Of a DNA stretch of 63,765 nt, positions 45,437-54,868 are shown piece after piece. The notes under the pieces are model-generated. The model made no database searches, had not been told where the DNA came from, and saw only the letters and a list, made by a program, of their open reading frames with translations. This DNA is from an uncultured Thermotogae bacterium (lineage in GTDB: Bacteria; Bipolaricaulota; Bipolaricaulia; UBA7950; UBA9294), in contig CAZJLO010000001.1 of NCBI GenBank assembly GCA_964547105.1, positions 6,659 through 70,423 on the forward strand, given 5' to 3'. A program made the translations under genes and the position numbers. The first letter of the stretch is position 1. Each line of letters opens with the position of its first letter.

Positions 45437-47211
45437 ACTCCCTTATCCGGGAGGGGAAGTCGTGGCGCATTGCCGCCCAACCGGACAAAGAGATCGTTGC
45501 CGAGATTCAATCCTCGTTGTCGTGTTCGAATGGATTTGCGTCCGTTCTTGCTCAGCGGGGCGGATCCCAATGGGCCCGGTTGATCGATCCCGATCGATCG
45601 TGGCTTCATGATCCGGCCCTGCTGCCGGACATGGAAGCAGCAACATCGCGGTTGCTGGACGCAATCCGGTCGCAGGAGCGCGTGTATATTCACGGAGATT
45701 TCGATGTCGACGGCCTTTCCGCCGCATCGGTTCTCTTCCTCGGGCTCCAGCCACTGTTCCCCCACGGCGGGCTGAAGGTCGAAGTGGGAGATCGCCAGAC
45801 CGGCCACGGGATGTCGCGAACATTCGTCAGACGATCGATCGAAGAACGCTTCTCGTTGGTCATCACCGCCGACTGCGGGATCTCCAACCACGATGAAATC
45901 GCTCATCTGGCAGCCGCAGGAATTGACACGATCGTGACCGACCATCACATCCTGACAACGGCTCTTCCCGCCGCCGTTGCCGTGGTCAATCCGCTGCGCA
46001 AGGATTCCATCTATCCCAATCGATACCTTGCCGGGGTGGGCGTTGCATTCAAGTTAGTCCAGGCGATGTATCAGCGCACAGATCGCCCGATTCCTTTCCA
46101 TCTGCTTGATCTGGTCGCTTTGGGCACCGTGGCCGATCTTGTCCCGTTGGCCGATGATTCAGAGATCGAAAACCGAGTGCTGGTTCGTGAAGGGTTCAAG
46201 TTGATCGCGGAGCAACAGGGTTCCTCGACCGGGCTTCAAGTCTTGATGGAGTGCCTGTCCCTGAAGCCCAGTCGCCTGACGGCATCGGATGTCGGCTTCT
46301 ACATCGCCCCCAAGTTGAACGCCGCGAACCGAACCGGCGATCCGAAAGTCGCGTTCTTGCTCCTTACGACTCGCCGGCGGGATCGCGCCTCGTATCTGGC
46401 CGAGGTGCTCTTGGACTACAACCGAGACCGGGAAATCGCCCAGCAAGATCTTCTTGCCCAAGCTCGAACCCGCCTAAGAGAGTTGGGCACAGACCCCCGT
46501 GAAGATGGGATTCTCTTACTCGACGGGAAGTACTGGAACGAGGGGATCCTTGGTCTGACGGCTTCGAATCTCATCGATCAGTTCGGCGTGCCGACGATCG
46601 TCGTATCTCATGGCGACCGAATCAGCCGAGCATCCTGTCGGAGCGTCCATGGGTTCGACATGGTGGCCTGCTTGGAGGCCCATGCCGACCTTCTGCTCCA
46701 CTACGGAGGACATCGAATGGCGGCTGGATTCTCCCTACGGCCTGAAAACCTACCCGAATTGCATCGCCGCCTCATCGAGTATGCCACGAACCATCCTCCG
46801 GATGGGGATCACTCAGTGCAGGGAACCATCGACACGCAGGTCCAGGCGAACGAAGTCAATCATCGTTTTCACACCAATGTGCGATCGCTGGCCCCGTTCG
46901 GATCAGGCAATCCCGCACCGCTTCTTCTTCTCGACAAATGCTCGTTCACCGACCTAACCCTGGTTGGAGCGCGACGGCAGCACTTGAAGGGAACGGTCGT
47001 GCAAGGCGGAGATCGTCTTCCGTTCATCGCGTTTCGGAAGGGCCGTCACTTGCTGCAGTTCGAGACTATCAGCGACGTCGGCGTCGTTTTCCGCTGCGGT
47101 TTCGATGATTGGAAGGGCACGGTGCAACTTGATGTAGTCGATGTCATCGACGGTTCGGCGTTCATGGCGGCTTCATTTGCCGACGCAGAACCTACGGAAG
47201 ATCTCGGCTAG
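45433..47211 (+). CDS. recJ: Single-stranded-DNA exonuclease RecJ
   Basis: HGDFDVDG, ITADCG, VTDHH (DHH), LGTVADLVPL, PKLNAANR, GGHRMAAG, PFGSGNP. Confidence 0.93.
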   Translation: MNSLIREGKSWRIAAQPDKEIVAEIQSSLSCSNGFASVLAQRGGSQWARLIDPDRSWLHDPALLPDMEAATSRLLDAIRSQERVYIHGDFDVDGLSAASVLFLGLQPLFPHGGLKVEVGDRQTGHGMSRTFVRRSIEERFSLVITADCGISNHDEIAHLAAAGIDTIVTDHHILTTALPAAVAVVNPLRKDSIYPNRYLAGVGVAFKLVQAMYQRTDRPIPFHLLDLVALGTVADLVPLADDSEIENRVLVREGFKLIAEQQGSSTGLQVLMECLSLKPSRLTASDVGFYIAPKLNAANRTGDPKVAFLLLTTRRRDRASYLAEVLLDYNRDREIAQQDLLAQARTRLRELGTDPREDGILLLDGKYWNEGILGLTASNLIDQFGVPTIVVSHGDRISRASCRSVHGFDMVACLEAHADLLLHYGGHRMAAGFSLRPENLPELHRRLIEYATNHPPDGDHSVQGTIDTQVQANEVNHRFHTNVRSLAPFGSGNPAPLLLLDKCSFTDLTLVGARRQHLKGTVVQGGDRLPFIAFRKGRHLLQFETISDVGVVFRCGFDDWKGTVQLDVVDVIDGSAFMAASFADAEPTEDLG

Positions 47212-48570
47212 CGTTTCCTCGCCGATATCGATTCCCTGGAGTTCGGCCGCAACGCGAAGAGATGTACGCAGATCTTCAATGATCATGTCCGGCGTTCTTC
47301 CAATGCGCAGTCCATCCAACGCGCGCCCAACTCCTTGCTGCATCCGTTGGAGTCGATCGATTTCCCAGACATCAAGATAGAGCGAGCTCTGTCGCTGCGG
47401 CATGCCACTTCGCACAAGCTTCTCCTCAAGGAGATCACGGACAGATTCGAGGCCTTCTCGCTTCTCGGGAGCAAGCCGTAGCGCATCCCGGAGCTGTGGA
47501 TGGTCTTGGGGCGTTGTTCTCGCCGGCAGATCGCTCTTGGTGAGAACATGGATCACAGGCCGCTCCCACCGACGTTCCAACAACGCGCGATCCTCATCCG
47601 TCAGGTCCGCCGCTCCATCCACAAGGAGCAGCACGAGATCGGCCCGTCGTACGGCAAGTTCGGTACGCTGGACGCCTTCCGCTTCGACCACATCATCCGT
47701 GCTGCGCAGGCCGGCTGTATCGATCAACGTGACGGGAACTCCCGAAAGCGTGATCTCCGCTTCGATCGTGTCACGCGTCGTCCCGGGAACCGCCGTCACA
47801 ATCGCACGGTTTTCGGCAAGCAAAGCATTGAACAACGTCGATTTCCCCGCATTGGGGGATCCAATCAGTGCGACGACGAACCCTTCGCGCAAGATACGTC
47901 CCTGGTCGGCCTGTTTGCGAAGATCCGTCAGTCGGCTGAGAACGTCCTCAAGCGAGGACTCCGATTCCTTCGCATACGGATCGGATTCCAGATCGACCTC
48001 CGGGTAGTCGATCCCCACCTCAAGCACAGCGAGCGCGGAGTGGATCCGACCACGGATTTCATCCACCGCATCGGAGAACCGCCCCCGAAGCTGGCGAACG
48101 GCAACCTCCAATCCGAGACGGGTCCGGGCATGGATCACATCGGCAACGCTCTTCGCTTGATCGAGCGTGATTCGTCCGTTTTGAAACGCACGCTGCGTGA
48201 ATTCGCCCCGTTCCGCGAGCCGCGCACCTTGCTCCAAGATCAACTCAAGAACACGGCGTACCGCGGCCATGCCGCCATGCCCATTGATTTCCACGACATC
48301 TTCCCGCGTGTAGGTGCGGGGAGCGCGCATGATCGAGACGAGAACCTCATCAACGTCGGCGGCTCCGTCACGTATCATCCCGTAGTGAATCGTGTGCGAA
48401 CCGGCAGTGCCGAGCATGATCCCGTTCGCGGATCGAAAGACACGCTCAACGATCCGGATCGCTTCCGGACCGCTTAGCCGGACAATGCCAATCCCACCTT
48501 CCCCGAACGGCGTGGAAACCGCAGCAATCGTATCGCTTGACTCCCCCGCTTGCTTGAAATTCGAGCTCAC
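47173..48570 (-). CDS. mnmE: tRNA modification GTPase
   Basis: DTIAAVSTP, TREDVVEINGHGG, GEFTQRAF.NG, GSPNAGKS, GTTRD, DTAG, TKSD, FCVGK; 39-nt tail-to-tail overlap with recJ. Confidence 0.96.
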   Translation of the reverse strand: MSSNFKQAGESSDTIAAVSTPFGEGGIGIVRLSGPEAIRIVERVFRSANGIMLGTAGSHTIHYGMIRDGAADVDEVLVSIMRAPRTYTREDVVEINGHGGMAAVRRVLELILEQGARLAERGEFTQRAFQNGRITLDQAKSVADVIHARTRLGLEVAVRQLRGRFSDAVDEIRGRIHSALAVLEVGIDYPEVDLESDPYAKESESSLEDVLSRLTDLRKQADQGRILREGFVVALIGSPNAGKSTLFNALLAENRAIVTAVPGTTRDTIEAEITLSGVPVTLIDTAGLRSTDDVVEAEGVQRTELAVRRADLVLLLVDGAADLTDEDRALLERRWERPVIHVLTKSDLPARTTPQDHPQLRDALRLAPEKREGLESVRDLLEEKLVRSGMPQRQSSLYLDVWEIDRLQRMQQGVGRALDGLRIGRTPDMIIEDLRTSLRVAAELQGIDIGEETLAEIFRRFCVGK

Positions 48571-49061
48571 GTCGAATCGGGTTCAATCACGACACGCCGG
48601 GTCTCCCCTTCCCCCTCACTTCGGGTACGAACCCCGGGGAAGCTGGCCAATGTGATATGGATCATCTTGCGATCGTGAGAAGGCATGGGGTTCAAACGAA
48701 CTCGCTTGTGTTCGCGACACACCGACTCCGCCGCCGAGAGAACGAACCTCATCAGATCGGCCTCGCGCCGCTTGATGACGCCGTTGAGATCGACAACGAG
48801 TTCGCACTCGCGTCCCGTCCGCCTGCGGATGGAAACCCGCAGCAAGTGCTCCAAGGCGTTAAGGACGGAACGGTCCTCCTCAGCCGAGAACACGCTCCCC
48901 GAAAAGTTCACGTAGAACTCGCCCTCGGCATCGGCTTCGATTTCGACCTCGACCTCGATTGCATCTTCGGCAAGAATCGAGACAAACTCATTGAGGTACG
49001 CCTCAATCTCAGCCTGAAGCGCTTCGATCTTCACCTGCTGCGTCGGCTTGTTCATCCGCAT
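48567..49061 (-). CDS. Jag/KhpB (EloR)-like KH-R3H protein without Jag_N domain
   Basis: 'LNALEHL', 'VVDLNG', R3H 'LNPMPSHDRKMIH', 'TRSEGEG..RRVVI'; start uncertain (ATG 49061/49055 or GTG 49034, all inside yidC). Confidence 0.8.
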   Translation of the reverse strand: MRMNKPTQQVKIEALQAEIEAYLNEFVSILAEDAIEVEVEIEADAEGEFYVNFSGSVFSAEEDRSVLNALEHLLRVSIRRRTGRECELVVDLNGVIKRREADLMRFVLSAAESVCREHKRVRLNPMPSHDRKMIHITLASFPGVRTRSEGEGETRRVVIEPDST

Positions 49062-50727
49062 CCCCGTTTTCCGTCGTGTCGCTATCGCCCACGACATCTA
49101 AGTCCAAGACAGCATCCGCGCCACCGGCAGCCACCGCGTCGGCACGAGCAAGCTCCCAGTTAATGAACAGCTGCTGTCCGATCCCGAACAGGGTGCTCAA
49201 GAAGTAGTACAACCATAACCCCGCCGGGAAGCTGGCAAAGAAGACCGCCATCATCAAAGGGAAGACATAGCCGAACTTCTTGCTTGCTGCCGCTGCCTCC
49301 CCGGCACCCGAAGTCTGCGGGGTCATCAGCCGCTGCTGAAGGATCATTGCCGCCGTGGTCAGCACGATGAAGATGTAGTACGGATCGCGCAAGCTCAGAT
49401 CCGCAATCCACAGGAATCCGGACGAAAGGTGCATCGCCTCAGCCGAATAGGTGATCGCTCGCCACAGGAGAATCAGGATCGGGAACTGGAGCAACGTCGG
49501 GATGAAGCAGCCCAGCGGACTGATTTTCTCCTTCTTGTAGAGCTCCATCATCCGCTGCTGAAGGATCTGAGGCTGATCCTTGTAGGTGTCCTGTATCTTC
49601 TTCAACTTCGGCTGCATCCGCTGCATCTTTGCGGTAGAGCGGAACTGCTTACGCATCAGCGGGAACATCACGACGCGCGTCAATACGGTGAACAGGATGA
49701 GTGCCCAGCCATAGTTCCCGGTGGCGTCCTTCAGCCACTCGAGAAGCCGTACCGCGGCGCCGATCAGGCGAGCTCCCGTTCCCGGGTTATCGACCGCACC
49801 GAGCCCCGCTTCCTCCATAATCAATAGGCGACGGCGCCCGGCATAGAGCACAAACGAATGTGTCGAACTTCCGCTCTCGGCGGAGAAATTCACGCCCACC
49901 GTGGAGGAGACGTCGGTGCCCTGCTCGATAAACGGCGTCGTTCCAGGGGAATCTGCACGCAGGAAGAACGTCGCTGTCTTGCTTAGGAGGCCCAACCCGC
50001 CAAACACGCCGTACGTTCCCGGAGCAAACGCGACGTCGCTTCGTTCACCGTCAAACAGGTACGCCAGTTCGCGGGAACCGGAGATATCGTACTCGGCTAC
50101 GGCGAGGCGGAGATCGATCGGGTCGGCGCCCGGATTGGTCGTGTCGATCTCCAGACGAATGGTGTAGGTGGGGTCGTCAACAATGGTATAGCGCTTCACG
50201 ACGGAAACGCCGGCGGCCTCGCCGACGAATTCGATCACAACGGTCGCCGGCTCGATCGTCCGGATGTCGCCCAGTTCGAACACCGCCGGTTCTCCACCGA
50301 TGCGCAGCGCCATTGGAAACTCACCGGCGGTCTGCTCATACGACCGTGATCCCGTATACGACAAGAGGGGAAACGAGAAATTGAAACTGATAATCGGACG
50401 GAGGATCGGCCGGTCTTGCTTGAGGATCGCAACATCATCGCCGATTGAATCGATGTTCACAGACTGCAGGTTTGTGCTCGTACCGGGGACGATCTCTTCG
50501 ACCTTCGACCCATAGGGAACGAAGTGCAGGAAAACGCTTTTCAGATCGCCCGTGTCCGCTGCGAATACGTAGCTTGCAATCGACGTGACGATCTCGATTT
50601 CGTTGCGGTCTTGTGCGGCGTACACGTCAGGAATGGACTCTCCGGCCCAGACACTTGCCGTCCCTACCATCAACAGCAGCAAGGCGAACAACCCAAGCAT
50701 GAAGCTTCGGATTCCAATTCGGCGCAT
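49009..50727 (-). CDS. yidC: Membrane protein insertase YidC
   Basis: SD GGAGG before ATG 50727; periplasmic domain, then GNYGWALILFT..TR, MQRMQP, GCFIPTLLQFP, DLSLRDPYY, PAGLWLYY. Confidence 0.93.
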   Translation of the reverse strand: MRRIGIRSFMLGLFALLLLMVGTASVWAGESIPDVYAAQDRNEIEIVTSIASYVFAADTGDLKSVFLHFVPYGSKVEEIVPGTSTNLQSVNIDSIGDDVAILKQDRPILRPIISFNFSFPLLSYTGSRSYEQTAGEFPMALRIGGEPAVFELGDIRTIEPATVVIEFVGEAAGVSVVKRYTIVDDPTYTIRLEIDTTNPGADPIDLRLAVAEYDISGSRELAYLFDGERSDVAFAPGTYGVFGGLGLLSKTATFFLRADSPGTTPFIEQGTDVSSTVGVNFSAESGSSTHSFVLYAGRRRLLIMEEAGLGAVDNPGTGARLIGAAVRLLEWLKDATGNYGWALILFTVLTRVVMFPLMRKQFRSTAKMQRMQPKLKKIQDTYKDQPQILQQRMMELYKKEKISPLGCFIPTLLQFPILILLWRAITYSAEAMHLSSGFLWIADLSLRDPYYIFIVLTTAAMILQQRLMTPQTSGAGEAAAASKKFGYVFPLMMAVFFASFPAGLWLYYFLSTLFGIGQQLFINWELARADAVAAGGADAVLDLDVVGDSDTTENGDADEQADAAGEDRSASG

Positions 50728-50781
50728 AATACCTCCGCTGAAGAAGGGTACTGGCGCACCCGTGTCGCTGCAACTCCTTCG

Positions 50782-50810
50782 TTGATCGCTATTTCCCTCT
50801 CCGCTACACT
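50782..50810 (+). promoter_or_regulatory. Sigma70 promoter for ribE-ribBA-ribH (very short leader, no FMN riboswitch)
   Basis: TTGATC-17 nt-TACACT, 11 nt before ATG 50822; no SD. Confidence 0.55.
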
Positions 50811-50821
50811 TCTTGGATACC

Positions 50822-51415
50822 ATGTTCACTGGAATCATAAGAAACACCGGCACGATGATCGCCCACAACGGATCTGCGCTTGAGATCGGGGTCGAAGTTG
50901 CATTTGCAGCAACACTGGCACCGGGAGATAGTCTGGCTGTGAACGGCGTCTGCTTGACCATCGTTGCCGAAGCAAACGACGGTCATATTCGCGTCGACCT
51001 TTCCCAGGAGACGCTTCTGCGCACGTCCCTGCGCGACTTGCGCCCTGGAACCATCGTGAACTTGGAGCCTGCGATGCGCGTATCGGATCGATTGGATGGG
51101 CATCTTGTCTTGGGACATGTCGATGCAACCGGCCGTGTCCGAACACTACACCGCATCGCGGACAATTGGCGGCTGGTTGTGCAGTACCCGGTGGAGTATG
51201 CCTCCCTGATTGTCGACAAAGGATCGATCGCCGTCGACGGAATCAGCTTGACGCCGTATGCCGTGACGCAATCACAATTCGAGTGTGCCGTGATTCCGAC
51301 AACACACGCTTCCACGAACTTGTCGGCCCTTTCACCGGGATCGCTGGTCAACCTGGAGTTCGATATCCTTGCGAAGTACGTGAAGGAGCATCTGGGATAT
51401 GTTTATAGGCGCTGA
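50822..51415 (+). CDS. ribE: Riboflavin synthase (alpha chain)
   Basis: MFTGII N-terminus, [41 protein letters not shown]. Confidence 0.95.
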   Translation: MFTGIIRNTGTMIAHNGSALEIGVEVAFAATLAPGDSLAVNGVCLTIVAEANDGHIRVDLSQETLLRTSLRDLRPGTIVNLEPAMRVSDRLDGHLVLGHVDATGRVRTLHRIADNWRLVVQYPVEYASLIVDKGSIAVDGISLTPYAVTQSQFECAVIPTTHASTNLSALSPGSLVNLEFDILAKYVKEHLGYVYRR

Positions 51416-52595
51416 AGAAGCAATCAGGCGTTTCGGGCTTGGCGAAATGCTGATCCTTGTCGACGACGAGAACCGAGAGAACGAAGGCGATCTTGTGATC
51501 GCCGGAGATGCAGCATCGGCTCAAGCGATCAATTTCATGCTCATCCACGGACGGGGACTAGTTTGCGTCCCCGTGGACAACCAGCGGGCGAAGCAGCTCC
51601 AGCTCGCTCCGATGTGCCAGGACAATACGGCGCTCCACGGAACGCACTTCACCGTGTCGGTGGACGCTGCAGATGGTGGCCCTGGGACCTCGGCATTCGA
51701 TCGCGCTCGCCCCGTCGCGATCATCGTCGATGAAGCATCGCGGCCGCTGGCTCTTGCGCGTCCCGGACACATGTTTCCGTTGATCGCCCGGGAAGGTGGC
51801 GTATTGAGGCGAGCAGGACACACGGAAGCGACGGTCGATCTGGCCCGCTTATCCGGGCGGAAGCCTGTCGCCGTGCTTTGCGAGATCCTCAAAGAGGACG
51901 GATCGATGGCCCGGCTCCCCGAACTCGAGCAATTCTCGCAGCAGCACAAGTTGCCCATTGCCAAGATTGAGGATCTCATTGCCTATCGCAAGCATCACGA
52001 ACACCTGATCGATCGCGTCGCCTCGGCGGAAATGCCGACAGAATACGGGTTGTTCACAATCGTAAGCTACACCAACTCGATCGATGAGGCAGAGCACGTC
52101 GCTTTGGTCATGGGCAATGTGGCGGGAGCAAAGGATGTGTTGGTTCGCGTACACTCGGAGTGTTTAACCGGCGATGTATTCGCCTCCCAGCGTTGTGATT
52201 GCGGCGGACAGCTTCACCGTTCGATGGCGATGATCGCCAAAGAAGGGATCGGCGTGATCGTGTACATGCGGCAAGAGGGGCGTGGGATCGGTTTGAAGAA
52301 CAAAGTCTGTGCGTATCAACTCCAAGACGAAGGGCTGGACACGGTGGAAGCGAATGAACGGCTTGGTTTCGAAGCTGATCTTCGTGACTACGGCCTTGGG
52401 GCACAGATTCTCTGCAATCTCGGACTGTCGACAATTCGCCTGCTAACCAACAATCCCAAGAAGGTAATCGGTCTCTCCGGGTACGGCCTGGAGATCACAG
52501 AGCAGGTACCGATCGAATTGCCGCCCACAGCGCACAACCGCGTCTACCTGAAAACGAAGAAAGAGAAGATGGGGCATCAGCTCAAGAATGTCTAG
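51399..52595 (+). CDS. ribBA: Bifunctional DHBP synthase / GTP cyclohydrolase II
   Basis: [22 protein letters not shown]; [30 protein letters not shown]. Confidence 0.95.
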   Translation: MFIGAEEAIRRFGLGEMLILVDDENRENEGDLVIAGDAASAQAINFMLIHGRGLVCVPVDNQRAKQLQLAPMCQDNTALHGTHFTVSVDAADGGPGTSAFDRARPVAIIVDEASRPLALARPGHMFPLIAREGGVLRRAGHTEATVDLARLSGRKPVAVLCEILKEDGSMARLPELEQFSQQHKLPIAKIEDLIAYRKHHEHLIDRVASAEMPTEYGLFTIVSYTNSIDEAEHVALVMGNVAGAKDVLVRVHSECLTGDVFASQRCDCGGQLHRSMAMIAKEGIGVIVYMRQEGRGIGLKNKVCAYQLQDEGLDTVEANERLGFEADLRDYGLGAQILCNLGLSTIRLLTNNPKKVIGLSGYGLEITEQVPIELPPTAHNRVYLKTKKEKMGHQLKNV

Positions 52596-52632
52596 CATCA
52601 GTCGATGCAGCGGGACTGCAAGGAGGAATGTG

Positions 52633-53127
52633 ATGGCCAGAGTGTATGAAGGCAATTTCGACGGACGCGGAATGCGGATCGGTCTTGTGGTCAGCCGCTT
52701 CAACGACATGGTCACCGGACATCTGCTCGACGGCGCGCTTGACCGGCTGCGCCGGCTGGGGGTGGCCGATGATGCAATCGAAATCATCCGGGTTCCCGGG
52801 GCATTCGAGGTCCCAATCGCCGTCAAGCGAATGGCGGAAGGCAAGCAGGTCGACGGCATCGTCGCGCTGGCCGCTGTGATCCGCGGAGCCACGCCCCACT
52901 TTGATGTCATCTCGGGAGAGATCGGCAAGAGCCTCGCCAACCTCAATCTGAACCAATCCGTTCCAATCTCGTTCGGCGTGCTGACGACCGATACGCTCGA
53001 TCAAGCGCTGGAACGTGCCGGATCGAAACAGGGGAACAAGGGATCAGAGGCCGCGGAGACGCTGGTGGAGATGATCAATGTTCTCAAGGACTTCTCCGGC
53101 CAGACGAACGCCTCACAGTCAGCCTAA
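52633..53127 (+). CDS. ribH: 6,7-dimethyl-8-ribityllumazine synthase
   Basis: VVSRFN, VPGAFEVP, IRGATPHFD, FGVLTTD, RAGSKQGNKG. Confidence 0.96.
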   Translation: MARVYEGNFDGRGMRIGLVVSRFNDMVTGHLLDGALDRLRRLGVADDAIEIIRVPGAFEVPIAVKRMAEGKQVDGIVALAAVIRGATPHFDVISGEIGKSLANLNLNQSVPISFGVLTTDTLDQALERAGSKQGNKGSEAAETLVEMINVLKDFSGQTNASQSA

Positions 53128-53147
53128 CCCGGAGAAAGGAGCTCGTC

Positions 53148-53654
53148 TTGAAATCGGGACACGAGTTGGGGCTTGACCTTCATCTTGTCGTCATCGAGAA
53201 CCCCGACGGTCTTAACATCATCTGTGGTCAGAGTCACTTCATCAAGACGGTGGAAGACCTCCACGAGGCGATCGCAGGCACAGTTCCCGGTGCTCAATTC
53301 GGTGTGGCATTTTGTGAGGCATCAGGCCCCTGTTTGATCCGCTACAGCGGGACGGCGGACGATCTGGTGGATCTCGCCGTGCGCAACGCCCGGAGCATCG
53401 GCGCCGGACACTCATTCATCGTCTTTCTGCGCGACCTATTCCCAATCAACATTCTGAACGCTATTCAGGGCATCCCGGAAATCTGTCGGATCTACTGCGC
53501 CACCGCAAACCCTCTCCAAGTGGTTGTCGCCAAGACTGACCAAGGACGTGGGATCCTTGGGGTCATCGACGGCGAATCGCCTAAGGGAATCGAATCCGAC
53601 AAGGACATTGAGACAAGAAAAGCCTTCCTCCGCACAATCGGCTACAAGTTGTAG
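53148..53654 (+). CDS. DUF355 ('adenosine-specific kinase') family protein
   Basis: NIICGQSHFIKTVED, FCEASGPCLIR, GHSF, YCATANP, GRGILGVIDG. Confidence 0.85.
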   Translation: MKSGHELGLDLHLVVIENPDGLNIICGQSHFIKTVEDLHEAIAGTVPGAQFGVAFCEASGPCLIRYSGTADDLVDLAVRNARSIGAGHSFIVFLRDLFPINILNAIQGIPEICRIYCATANPLQVVVAKTDQGRGILGVIDGESPKGIESDKDIETRKAFLRTIGYKL

Positions 53655-53765
53655 ATGCCTCGCGCAAAGGGAAATACAGCCGCATGGTGCGGTTCACCTT
53701 TCGAGCCGCTTTGGCTGAGACGGCCCGCTCGGCCGATGCGATGATCCCGAGCAGACCATGAGAAA

Positions 53766-53794
53766 GCGCCGGGGCGACTTGTTCGCCCCGGCGC
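53766..53794 (-). terminator. Intrinsic terminator for the TatT-like pair
   Basis: Perfect 12-bp stem GCGCCGGGGCGA / TCGCCCCGGCGC, 5-nt loop; TTTCT follows on the minus strand. Confidence 0.65.
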
Positions 53795-53832
53795 ACGAAA
53801 TTCACCAGCAAGTCTGGTGGTTTGCGCTCGAA

Positions 53833-54774
53833 CTACAGGTGTTCGTTCACTTCTTCCAGAAGCTCGCCCGCATTCTCTTGCGAATAGGCGTTCATCAGCG
53901 GGTACAGCTCCCCGACCGGTTCATCGAGAACACTTTGGAGAATCCTCGCCGCCGCTTCCCATTGATCGGTCGCCATCAGATAGAATTCCGCAAAGAACGT
54001 ACGATTCTCGAAGTACGCTGGCGCGTCCTCAATCGAGATGGACACATCACACGTCGAACAGAACGTCGATTCGTCAACGACATGGCATAGATTGATGAGT
54101 GCCGCATTCAAGTCGCGTCCGAACCCTGCCGGCAATCCTGAGAAGTAGGCGCCTGTTTGTCTGTACGGACCACCGTTTGCGTAATCCGGGGCGATTTCCA
54201 GCAGCCGATTCATGATCGCTTTTACGCGGGACGGAACGCCGGCGAAAACCGACTGCATGACGTTCTTCTGTGCAACGCGCAGCCAATTGGAGTTGGTCCA
54301 GTAAAGCGCGGCGACGTCTGATTCCGCGGCAACGGCCGTGTCAAAGCGGCTCCGCTCCAACTCGACGAATCCGGGGTTCATCCGCAGACTTCTCAGACCC
54401 CAGTGCTTCCCCCGCACATAGATCGCCTCATCCTCCGGCTCTTCGAGGAAGACGTTTGCCAGAGTGTAGTAGGCCTGCGACAGCATGTTGACGATGCCCT
54501 TGTCCTCGGCCGCGACCTCGAATGCGCCGACGGCGTTCTCACTGGCCTCATTGAGGTCATCGGGAATCCCAAGCGCGGTGCGTAGCGCATCGATAATCGA
54601 CTCCAGCGTTGCCTGCCCGGCGGCCGAATACTCCACGGCGATCAGATCGTTTTGGAAGTAGCTCGTCGCTTCCTCCAAATCCATATCCGTCCCGCCGGCA
54701 TCTTGCGCCACGGCTACACTTCCGATCACCGTGAACAACAGCAAACACAAACTCCAAGAGACGATTCTCCTCAT
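53833..54774 (-). CDS. TatT (TRAP-T T-component)-like exported TPR protein, copy B
   Basis: Signal peptide; 'LSQAYYTLA', 'G..WGLRSLRMNPGF', 'ALYW', 'YANGGPYRQTGAYF'; SD GGAGG before ATG 54774. Confidence 0.6.
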   Translation of the reverse strand: MRRIVSWSLCLLLFTVIGSVAVAQDAGGTDMDLEEATSYFQNDLIAVEYSAAGQATLESIIDALRTALGIPDDLNEASENAVGAFEVAAEDKGIVNMLSQAYYTLANVFLEEPEDEAIYVRGKHWGLRSLRMNPGFVELERSRFDTAVAAESDVAALYWTNSNWLRVAQKNVMQSVFAGVPSRVKAIMNRLLEIAPDYANGGPYRQTGAYFSGLPAGFGRDLNAALINLCHVVDESTFCSTCDVSISIEDAPAYFENRTFFAEFYLMATDQWEAAARILQSVLDEPVGELYPLMNAYSQENAGELLEEVNEHL

Positions 54775-54868
54775 CTTTCGCCCTCCTATTCCTGTAGTCG
54801 GTTCGCTCACTATACCGAACCCCGACGTTTCCGCCAAGAACGCAAAGCTCGATACGGTTTCACGGCCA

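Noticed and set aside
47173-47211. 39-nt tail-to-tail overlap of recJ and mnmE
   Set aside because: Short convergent overlaps are common in compact genomes, and both C-termini look complete
50728-50821. Expected FMN riboswitch upstream of ribE
   Set aside because: The gap is under 100 nt and has no RFN consensus
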